Below are positions 1-10,314 of a stretch of 64,000 nucleotides of DNA, piece by piece. The notes below the pieces were generated by a model. It was not told the origin of the DNA. It searched no databases and was given only the letters and a program-made list of their open reading frames with translations. Location of the stretch: the NCBI RefSeq assembly GCF_000150275.1, contig NW_002060945.1, forward strand, positions 3,433,172-3,497,171, given 5' to 3'. The first letter of the stretch is position 1. Every line of letters begins with the position of its first letter. This stretch comes from Trichoplax adhaerens (taxonomy: Eukaryota; Animalia; Placozoa). The translations under genes and the position numbers were made by a program.

Positions 1-785
1 CTTTTCTAAGCTTTCTAGCTAGAGAAAGGACTAATGCAGTAAATCATACCGTTCAAGTCGCTAGAGCTGTTATAGCCGAGAGAAGACGAAATTTACAAAA
101 TGGCCTAACTAATCGTCGAGATTTATTACAATTAATGATTGAAGCTGCAGAGAATGGAAAATTAACTGATGACGAGATTGTTAGCCAATCCTTCATATTT
201 TTATTAGCCGGCTACGAAACAACGTCGAATGCGTTAGGCTATACGTCTTATCTACTAGCATTAAATCCACAAGCTCAGCAACGTTTAATAGACGAAATCG
301 ACGAGAAATGTCCTAAGGGTACAAATCCGACGATAGAGCTACTTTCCGAACTTCCTTATCTAGATATGGTTTTCAATGAATCGTTACGAATATATCCACC
401 AGCGTATATCGTAAATAGAGCTACAAAGCATGAAACAGTTATTAAGGGAGTTAAGATACCTCAAGGCCTGATAGTAGCGATTCCAATATACGGTATTCAT
501 CATAATGATGAATTATGGCCAGATCCAGAAAAATTTATACCAGAACGATTTACACCCGAAGAGAAAGCTAAACGTCATCCATTCGCTTATCTTCCATTCG
601 GTAACGGTCCAAGAAATTGTATCGGTATGAGATTAGCTATAACCGAAGCTAAGTTAGCTTTAATCAAAATATTACAAAATGTAGTACTTGAACCAGTAAA
701 AGAGACTCCAATTCCTCTAGAAGTTGAACCAAAGTTAACATTATCTGTAGCAAACGGTGTAATAATAGGTGTAAAGGAACGTTAA
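1..785 (+). CDS. Cytochrome P450, clan 3-like (CYP3/CYP5-like), intronless; copy 1, 5' end outside the window
   Basis: Frame is open from the window start (…FLARERTNAVNH…). I-helix AGYETT, K-helix ESLR, PERF and heme motif PFGNGPRNCIG are present. Nearly identical to 3124..4602. Confidence 0.95.
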   Translation, partial: FLSFLARERTNAVNHTVQVARAVIAERRRNLQNGLTNRRDLLQLMIEAAENGKLTDDEIVSQSFIFLLAGYETTSNALGYTSYLLALNPQAQQRLIDEIDEKCPKGTNPTIELLSELPYLDMVFNESLRIYPPAYIVNRATKHETVIKGVKIPQGLIVAIPIYGIHHNDELWPDPEKFIPERFTPEEKAKRHPFAYLPFGNGPRNCIGMRLAITEAKLALIKILQNVVLEPVKETPIPLEVEPKLTLSVANGVIIGVKER

Positions 786-3086
786 AAATCATCTGATGTA
801 ATCACTTTAATTTTCTAATTCATCAATGCTGTACTCTCGTTTGAGTTTTCTACCTTTGCGTTTAACTACTTATAACATAATAATGTCACATTTTAAGTAG
901 TAATTGTTGTATAAAGTGAGTGAAATTTATATCTCCAATTCGATATTTTTATACTTTATATTTATGATTACTAGTAGAATCCACACTCGTAATATTTCAG
1001 GTACTGCATCCACTTATACTTTTTACTTTACAATCTAGATATATCTGCATCCTGTTATTATTATAATTACATGCTAAAAGTTGCAGATCGATTGTATCAA
1101 CTGTAAACCTATTCAAGGTTATACACAATATATCAATGCAATAATGCATGAATAAATTTGCGTGAAAGAAAATTTATAGTATAGTATAGTACTATACTAT
1201 ACAGTAGTAAGTATTAGTAATTCTTGTAATTGGTCGTAACGTATATATATCGATTATTCTGTATATAAACTATGTGAACTTATAGCACAGTATACATCGC
1301 ATATAACAATACAATGTCGACCTTTAATTACTTACTACATACTTTTACGATTATAATAAAATCTATTCCAATTGTGGTTATCCTATCAATCGATTTCTAC
1401 GCAATATGTGTGAAGGGAAACGAAGAGAAATGAAAAGAATTTCATGGTCGTAATTACTGTCTGTAAATCACGAGATTTATGTGGCATAAGATATGAATCA
1501 ATTTATATCATCACTCTCTATTCAACAAAATCTCGCAATTAACCACACGTAAATAATAAATGATAACTGATCTAGATAGCAGATATTTTAATAAGATAGT
1601 GACTAAAATCGCTGTGCACGCTGGCTATATGGCAATTATAATTTTAAATGAATTGACGGCCATGATTTATGTACGTTACTTGGTACGAACATAATAAATA
1701 TACTCGTACTTTAAAAATATTACTATTCTAGAAGGGCTTTCTAACTCTCATGGCTGTAGGTTATGCCATTCAATATTGCAATGAAGTAACTACAAGGCAT
1801 CATTATATGCACAATTTTTTTTTAGCATACTGTATTAAATACGTAAAATACATAGGTTTCCATTACTATGAGGATCAGATTTTGACATCCTCAGTTTACT
1901 TGTATGGCCAAGAGTCCATGAAGCGTGGGTAAAGATAAAAGTACCTTAAAATATCTACCGAAAGAACAGTTCCAGTTACTCAATGCTGATTTAAAGTAAA
2001 TACTGTCCTTTTGACAATAATATTTGACAGTGACTACAGTACGCTGAGGCATAATGTTATAAATTACATCATTGTGATATTTATTTAATGCTGTATACAT
2101 GTGGTTGTATCTTCCAGCTATCAGTTCTATTCATTTACCATTTAGCATAGAGTATACATACATATCGAAGGGATCTTTGCAATACGATTAATGCTATACT
2201 TCAGTTGCTGAGTAAATCTTGTAAAATTAAATGGTAATATACAGTATATATGTTACTCTACATATACTTTGCAGGATTGATAATTTTGACGGCGATCAGT
2301 CAACTTTTTTGTAAAATAAAGCTCTTAGGACTGTACAGCATTTACGAGATACTATTGTAGACTTATGGAATCTGCATTACTAATAGTCAGAATACAACAT
2401 CAACAAAGGGCAATAATTTTGACTATAAATAGTCAATTATATTATTGTTTAGAGCTAACAACGCAGGAAACAAAACACCAATTTATTTTATTTTATTTTA
2501 CCGTACTGAACGATATATATTTGCACCTGTATAGTTAATGCAGTATCATACGAGTTATTGTGTAATCTGAGTCAGTACTTTACATATCATATACTGTATG
2601 CTACGGGCAAATACAAAGCTCAATATGCTATGTAACCTCTATTACCATCAAGGTATGCTATTTTTAACTTACCATTAATAACTACAAGTCTACTTGATAA
2701 CTGTCCTATTATATTAAAAGCAAAGAGGAAAAGCTGGCGTTAGAGCTGGAAAATTGAGCTCAACTTGCAAAGCTTGTAATATCAATCGCAATCATTCGGA
2801 TATTGTATTGGTCTATCGAATATTAACACTAGAGAGGTCTGTTTGACAGTAGTAAATGTTGCACTGAAGCTATAAAATGCAGTACGTATAATAATACAGT
2901 ATTCTATGTTGTGATAATTTGGTAGCCCTCCTATTTGCTTGTTAAAACTATAACAGAAATATATCATCGAAGTACCTAAATACACCCTGCTGATTTTTGA
3001 CAGCTAAAAGAGTAGAATTCATCTGCTATACTCGACTATTCAGCAATATATTTAAAAAATATTATTGTATTACGTTATCCAACTCT

Positions 3087-3094
3087 TATAAGAG
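3087..3094 (+). promoter_or_regulatory. TATA-like box of P450 copy 2
   Basis: TATAAGAG begins 37 nt before the ATG; the context CTTATAA.AGCAA.CATC is shared with copy 3. Confidence 0.45.
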
Positions 3095-3123
3095 CAAACA
3101 TCGACAGCTAATATACGTGTATC

Positions 3124-4602
3124 ATGCTTGAATTCATCGGCATTTCTACCCACACTGTAGCTATAGCTAGCATCACAATTTTATCTTTAATATTCGCATT
3201 CTATCAGTACTTCGTTCGACCGCTCTATTATTTCCAGAAATTAAATATACCAGGTCCTAAGCCTTCATTATTTTTTGGTACTGTATTTACTAAAGAATAT
3301 GGTGGACATCTTGGACAAGTACGTTGCATTAAAAAATATGGTAAATTCTATAGTGGTTTACTTGGTTTAAAGCCAGTTGTTATTATATCTGACCCAGAAA
3401 TGCTTAAAGAGGTTTTGGTGAAACAATTCAGTAACTTCTCTAATAGATTCGATGTTATACCATTTGATCCAGCAGTTAGTAGAAATCTTCTTGCTATCAA
3501 AGATGATGACTGGAAACGTATCAGAAGCGTACTTATACCAACGTTCAGTGCTACAAAGTTAAAACAAATTGAACCGATTATAATCGACGCTTGCGATACT
3601 CTAGTAGGTAAAATAATTAAAGAAAATCGAGAAAATGGGAAAGTTAATATCTGGAAACTATGTGGCGAATACAGCATGGAAGTCATTATGGCGGCTGCAT
3701 TCGGTGTACATGTTGCTGATGATGCTAGAGGGCAAAAAGTTTGTAAAGCTGCGGCTATATTTTTTAGTAGTTCTGATATAGCTTTGTTAATAGCATCAGT
3801 TGTACCTTCTCTATATCATTTTTTAAGCTTTCTAACACGAAATAGAACTAATGCAGTAAATCATATCGTTCAAGTCGCTAGAGCTGTTATAGCCGAGAGA
3901 AGACGAAATTTACAAAATGGCCTAACTAATCGTCGAGATTTATTACAATTAATGATTGAAGCTGCAGAGAATGGAAAATTAACTGATGACGAGATTGTTA
4001 GCCAATCCTTCATATTTTTATTAGCCGGCTACGAAACAACGTCGAATGCGTTAGGCTATACGTCTTATCTACTAGCATTAAATCCACAAGTTCAGCAACG
4101 TTTAATAGACGAAATCGACGAGAAATGTCCTAAGGGTACAAATCTGACGATAGAGCTACTTTCCGAACTTCCTTATCTAGATATGGTTTTCAATGAATCG
4201 TTACGAATATATCCACCAGCGTATATCGTAAATAGAGTTACAAAGCATGAAACAGTTATTGACGAAGTTAAGATACCTCAAGATATGATGGTAGCAATTC
4301 CAATATATGGTATTCATCATAATGATGAATTATGGCCAGATCCAGAAAAATTTATACCAGAACGATTTACACCCGAAGAGAAAGCTAAACGTCATCCATT
4401 CGCTTATCTTCCATTCGGTAACGGTCCAAGAAATTGTATCGGTATGAGATTAGCTATAACCGAAGCTAAGTTAGCTTTAATCAAAATATTACAAAATATA
4501 GTACTTGAACCAGTAAAAGAGACTCCAATTCCTCTAGAAGTTGAACCGAAATTTACGTTATCTGTAGCAAACGGTGTAATAATAGGTGTAAAGGAACGTT
4601 AA
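3124..4602 (+). CDS. Cytochrome P450, clan 3-like, intronless; copy 2 (492 aa)
   Basis: N-terminal TM anchor, IPGPKP hinge, WKRIR C-helix, AGYETT, ESLR, PERF, PFGNGPRNCIG. Confidence 0.97.
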   Translation: MLEFIGISTHTVAIASITILSLIFAFYQYFVRPLYYFQKLNIPGPKPSLFFGTVFTKEYGGHLGQVRCIKKYGKFYSGLLGLKPVVIISDPEMLKEVLVKQFSNFSNRFDVIPFDPAVSRNLLAIKDDDWKRIRSVLIPTFSATKLKQIEPIIIDACDTLVGKIIKENRENGKVNIWKLCGEYSMEVIMAAAFGVHVADDARGQKVCKAAAIFFSSSDIALLIASVVPSLYHFLSFLTRNRTNAVNHIVQVARAVIAERRRNLQNGLTNRRDLLQLMIEAAENGKLTDDEIVSQSFIFLLAGYETTSNALGYTSYLLALNPQVQQRLIDEIDEKCPKGTNLTIELLSELPYLDMVFNESLRIYPPAYIVNRVTKHETVIDEVKIPQDMMVAIPIYGIHHNDELWPDPEKFIPERFTPEEKAKRHPFAYLPFGNGPRNCIGMRLAITEAKLALIKILQNIVLEPVKETPIPLEVEPKFTLSVANGVIIGVKER

Positions 4603-6439
4603 AATCATCTGATGTAATCACTTTATTCTACTGATTTATCAATGCTACATTCTCGTTTGAGTTTTCCACTTTTCCGTTTAACTATTTAGAACATTATAAT
4701 GTAACATTTTATTAAAGAACGTTTATTATTTAGAGAGAGTGACATTATAATCCTAACTGCGATATTTTCGCGCTTTATAATATAGATACTATCTGTATCT
4801 TGTTATTATTCCAATCATAACACTTATGATGTATTTTTGATTACATAGAAAAGTTATAGATCGACCGTATTAACTATAAACCTATTCCTAGCAATTTAGC
4901 ATCCATCAATGCAAATAAGCATGAATTAAGAATGCTTTAAAGCAAATTTGATATTGCACTATGAACCATTAAGATCTTTCTATGAGCACTTGTTTTCATT
5001 GACCTACGTTTTGATGAACTATTAAGTAATACACAGCAATATACTTTGTAATCATTCTATGATTTCAAAGATTCATTCTGGCCATAAATCGTATGCATTT
5101 ACAGTACGTAAATTCATTTTATTAATCATATCAGACTACCGTAAATTAGCCATTTCTCATAAGCTTGAAACGAATAATAATTACGTTGTAGCTTTGATAG
5201 CTAAAGGTAATCTTTTGATGTCTTCTTAACTAAATCATGTTATGGCGTAATTACTTTGCATATCTATAATGCTGAATGTGTTTGGACCTTGGATTGTATG
5301 TTGAGACGTTGCTAAGATTTAGTTTGTATTACGATACGATGGACTGCTACTAGTTGGATGATTAGTACTTTTTGATTCTTTTATAGCCTGCAGCTCTTTC
5401 ATAACTGTTACACTGTCTTTTATTATGGCTGTGATACCTCTATGTATAGCATTTGGTAATGCCAACGATATACAGCATTTAGCAGTATTGTTATTAATAA
5501 ATGATGTTAATATATGTCAACAGAGGTGATTACATCTGTATACGTTAATATGCTTTATATACTCTTACTTATATTTATATTCAGTTTACACATATTAGTA
5601 GGTAAGTGCGACTTGAATAGGAGATTTCTGGTATTTTCTCGTTACAATTTTTTCTACTTGTACTCATATGCATTAATTACTAGTAATAAAAGAATCATCT
5701 TGTGTAATTGAATTTATGAAATTTTCAGTATGCGTGTATGTAAGTACGTCTCTATTCTGTAAATTTAACAGAAACCATCATAGACTTTAAGATTTATACA
5801 AATTATAGGAAGTTATCGAGCAGTATAATTGAATTACTATTGTCTTATTTGCATACTCATAACATGCAATATGACATTTAAGTTGAGGTACTTTTGTATA
5901 TACTTGCGACTAGAATAAATTTTTTTCTAATTGAGGTAGTCCAATCTATTGCATTCCAGTCAATATTGGTCAAGAGGAATGAAAAGAACTTTAAACCGGA
6001 ATTATTTTATGCAAATAAGAAAATTTAATGTCATCTGATATAAATCCATTATGTCATGACTTAATAACATTCGGTAAAGTCTCGTGATTTAACATAAACA
6101 GTAAATTCAATTGATAACTAAAATCTTGTTTTTAGTAATGATCATATGGCAGTCACGTATAATTTAAAGACGTAACTACTCGTTCTGGCTAATAAGATCC
6201 CTAAATAAATCGATAGCAATATTGTACTCTATATGATATGGGTATAGCTATTTTCTAAAAAAATAGAACGACCCTGGAAGTGCTTTCTTACTTCCATGAC
6301 TATAAGTTTTGTTGCGAAATGATATTTTCGTTGTAGTTTCTGGATAGTGCAATATTGTAAGTTTACCTCGACGTTAATCGATTCTGTTGGTGACACTATC
6401 AAGATAGTAACCTAAACATTTAATGTTGAGTATTCTAGT

Positions 6440-6865
6440 GAGTGAACAATTTCGATTACCAACTCTCGGTTTACAGTAAATCCAATCGGTTTGGCAATGA
6501 CATTTGACATTGGCTATATTGCGCTATGTTCTTATGAATTACGTCATTGCAATATGCCATATAAATACTATATCATTGGCCATCATACTCTTTATCCGGA
6601 TATCCATTCCATCCACTTACCATTTAGTTTCAATGACTACAGTTTACTGTCCGCAATTGACATCCGAGCTAGCTGGTAGGTTGGTTTTGTGCAGTATGGT
6701 ATATGTTTTCATTCATACCTTATAGTAGAATGACCGGATAAATGATCAGCTTCGCAATTATTTTGCATTGATAGCCGTTAGCTATCCCGTAGGTTTCTTT
6801 TTTAGTAGTTCCTAGCTATTACTCCTGCTATTACGGCATACTGTATACTTCTGGTAAAATTTGAA
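6440..6865 (+). pseudogene. Possible decayed rhodopsin-class GPCR fragment (TM3-TM5)
   Basis: Across frameshifts and stops it reads VWQ*…YVIAICHINTISLAIILFIR / HSIHLPFSF…IRASW*VGFV / VGFFLVVPSYYSCYYGILY, resembling TM3, ICL2, TM4 and TM5. Confidence 0.35.
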
Positions 6866-7024
6866 TGTAATCTTGGTAGGCAACATCATCGATGAAGTCA
6901 TAATATTTGCTGTAAATACAGTACTTCAAGAATTTAAAGTTCAGTTTATTATTATGACTCGTATTGATACACCTAATAAGACAGTAAATATAACACAATT
7001 TACAGTAATATGTTATTTATTCGA

Positions 7025-7189
7025 TGACCTTGAGTGAGAGAAAAGCTCTTACCTCCCACCGGCATGGGTACAGTACACCATGCACTTTAACAATGTAATA
7101 TTCAGTCTTGTGACCATCATTAATGATCACAGACAGACATACTGTAGCCATAGCGTAAAGGAAAAGCGGTGAACAGATGCTGACCTTGA
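7025..7189 (-). promoter_or_regulatory. Two ERR/NR5A-type extended nuclear-receptor half-sites (TCAAGGTCA) upstream of P450 copy 3
   Basis: TGACCTTGA on the + strand at 7025-7033 and 7181-7189. Confidence 0.45.
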
Positions 7190-7527
7190 CCAAGTACTAT
7201 TGAGTTGAATTCGGAAAGCTATAAATATTGATTGCTTAGAAGTTGAACTTGTTAGTCTGCCCAACACTTATATTAAGGAGATCCATTTCTGATTGCAAGC
7301 TCTGAAGTTGTGCTACACAGTAGAACGGTGCATCTTGGCTGAATTGTGATACTCGACGGTTGGCTCTCCAATTGAATTGCCATCACTGTACATGTAGGTA
7401 CAGTAAATAGAGATAGAATTGATCCAGTTACCTACGCTAGGAATTTCAATCCAGTAATTACCTCGAAGTCATCAATCGATTTGACCTATTCGTGAGATCT
7501 TGTACTTGTTTCATTGCACCCAGTTCT

Positions 7528-7535
7528 TATAAAAG
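7528..7535 (+). promoter_or_regulatory. TATA box of P450 copy 3
   Basis: Consensus TATAAAAG begins 32 nt before the ATG; positionally conserved with copy 2. Confidence 0.55.
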
Positions 7536-7559
7536 CAAGCATCAACATCCAATCTAATC

Positions 7560-9038
7560 ATGCTTGAATTTACTAGCCTTCCTATTCAGATTACAGCTGT
7601 AGTAGGCGTCGCAATTTTATATTTAGCATTTGCATTCTATCAATACTTCGTTCGACCACTTTCTTATTTCCAGAAGTTAAATATACCTGGACCTAAGCCT
7701 TCATTATTTGTTGGTACTGCATTTAGCCAAGAATATGGTGGACATCTTGGCCAAATAAATTGTATTAAAAAATATGGTAAAGTCTATGGTGCTTTTCTTG
7801 GTGTAAAACCTGTTATAGTATTAACAGATCCAGAAATGATTAAAGAGCTTATGGTAAAACAATTTAGCAACTTCCCCAACAGATATGATGTCATACCACC
7901 TCCTGCAGCAGTTAACAGAAATATTCTGGTTATCAGAGACGATGATTGGAAACGTATCAGAAATATACTTATACCAACATTTAGTGCTGCAAAGTTAAGA
8001 CAAATTGAACCTATTATGATCGATGCTTGTGATACTCTAGTAGATAAAATAATTAAAGGAAATGGACAAAATGGAAAAGTCGATATGTGGAGATTATCTG
8101 GCGAATACAGTATGGAAGTTATCATGGCGGCTGCATTCGGCGTACATATCACTGATGATGTTAGAGGGCAAAAAATCCGACAAGCTGCGGCCACATTTTT
8201 CGGCGGTTCAGGTATAGCCTTGATAATAGCATCAATTATACCTGCATTATATCCTTATGTAAGCTTTCTAGAAAGAGAAAGAACCGATGCAGTAAATCAT
8301 ATCGTTCAAGTCGCCAAAGGTGTTATAGCTGAGAGAAGACGAAATTTACAAAATGGTCTAACTAATCGTCGAGATTTATTACAATTAATGATTGAAGCTG
8401 CAGAGAATGGAAAATTGACTGACGATGAGATTGTTAGCCAGTCTTTCATATTTTTATTAGGTGGATACGAAACAACAGCGAATGCAATAGCCTACACATC
8501 TTACCTACTAGCATGCAATCCAGATGTTCAACAACGTTTAATAGACGAAATCGACGAGAAATGTCCTAAGGGTACAACTCCGACTTCAGAGATAATTTCC
8601 GAGCTTCCTTATCTAGATATGGTTTTCAATGAATCGTTACGAATATATCCACCAGCGTTTATTGTAAATAGAGTTGCGAAACATGACGCAGTTATTGACG
8701 GAGTGAAGATACCCCAAGATATGATGGTGGCAATTCCAATATACGGTATTCATCACAATGATGAATTATGGCCAGATCCAGAAAAATTTATACCAGAACG
8801 ATTTACACCCGAAGAGAAAGCTAAACGTCATTCATTCGCTCATATTCCATTCGGTAATGGTCCTAGAAGCTGTGTCGGTATGAGATTAGCTGTAACGGAA
8901 GCTAAGTTAGCCTTAATCAAAATTTTGCAAAATCTGATACTTGAACCAGTGAAGGATACTCAAATTCCTCTGGTTGTTGAACCGAAATTAACCTTAGCTC
9001 CATCTAAAGGTGTGATAATAGGGGCCAGAGAACGGTGA
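7560..9038 (+). CDS. Cytochrome P450, clan 3-like, intronless; copy 3 (492 aa)
   Basis: Same motifs as copy 2, with variants GGYETT and PFGNGPRSCVG. Confidence 0.97.
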   Translation: MLEFTSLPIQITAVVGVAILYLAFAFYQYFVRPLSYFQKLNIPGPKPSLFVGTAFSQEYGGHLGQINCIKKYGKVYGAFLGVKPVIVLTDPEMIKELMVKQFSNFPNRYDVIPPPAAVNRNILVIRDDDWKRIRNILIPTFSAAKLRQIEPIMIDACDTLVDKIIKGNGQNGKVDMWRLSGEYSMEVIMAAAFGVHITDDVRGQKIRQAAATFFGGSGIALIIASIIPALYPYVSFLERERTDAVNHIVQVAKGVIAERRRNLQNGLTNRRDLLQLMIEAAENGKLTDDEIVSQSFIFLLGGYETTANAIAYTSYLLACNPDVQQRLIDEIDEKCPKGTTPTSEIISELPYLDMVFNESLRIYPPAFIVNRVAKHDAVIDGVKIPQDMMVAIPIYGIHHNDELWPDPEKFIPERFTPEEKAKRHSFAHIPFGNGPRSCVGMRLAVTEAKLALIKILQNLILEPVKDTQIPLVVEPKLTLAPSKGVIIGARER

Positions 9039-10314
9039 AGTCGCTATCTTAATATCTCTTTATTCACCTCGAACTATCAATACCATACAAATTCTTATTA
9101 GAATTTAATATCTACATATGTTAGATTAGACTTATAAATTGTAACGCCATATTGTATTCCAATATTCTTACACAGTAGTAGTAATGCTATTAAGGAAGTA
9201 ACTTTATGTCCACTTTGATAATAACTGCAACTTATAATTACGAATACATTTGAAAGCATGCTACTATGCTAACTGTGCACCTTTGGATAACTGATTATAT
9301 CTAATGATTTGTAAATCAAACCAAGCTAATCTCAAACCTTTTATCGCTATTTAAATCTATCGATGCAACTATATATGTATAAATAGGCATGCAAAGGGAA
9401 ATTTAATTATATAGTTATGTAGTATTAAGATCTTTATGATGATTAGTAACCTTATGATATGGATTTCTAAAGATTTTCGTAACCTTACAGTATACGCACG
9501 CAAACATAAATGCTCAATATATTCGAAATACAATTACTGTATGAGCGCCATCATATTCATTTTAGTACTCATACATGTATATTTTTATATTGGTCATCTC
9601 CACTAATCTTATAGCAGACGAGACTCGCTTTAATCTGAAAAGCTATCTTCTGAAGTTTTAGCTAGCATGTCGCATTTTTTACGCATAATATAATTAGTAA
9701 CTTTTTTGTTTATCTGTAGATCTTAATTGCGATATTGACGTTATATAATGGAAAATGCTTCTGCGTTTTTAAATACACTTATTTATGGACTAATGTATGC
9801 TTAGTAATTACAAATTATCCCACTAGATAATAAGAATTTAAACTTTAGCTGTTGTGTCTGGACGTTATGAAGGTAAATGATAGATTATTATCTGTCTCTT
9901 TTAATGTTTTTCCGTTACAACATAAGATTAATATTGCGGAATAAATCGCATTAAAGACCTCAAATACCTACTAATGTAGCAACTAGCTATTCCTTTTCTG
10001 ATATGCTGTCGCTATTATGCCATCTATGAATATGAATATTACGTCTAATGCATTCCAATAATGAATACATGTTTATTCATTTTTATGCAATAAAGGTATT
10101 TAAGTATTTGTCTGGATCGCTATTATTGGGGCAAAATAATTACCGTTATTGCATAGACACACTTGTCGATATGCGCCTGTCATAAAATAGTCTTTCATGG
10201 CCTACTTACTTGACAAATAGCGAATTATATTATAAGTAGATCGAAAGACAAATTATAATGAGAAAAATTTTATCAGTGTTGTTAAAATTTCATAATTTAC
10301 AAAAATACTTCGGA

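Noticed and set aside
3348-8194. Minus-strand ORFs 3348..3686 and 7784..8194
   Set aside because: Antisense shadows of the P450 coding sequences; their similarity to each other follows from the paralogy.
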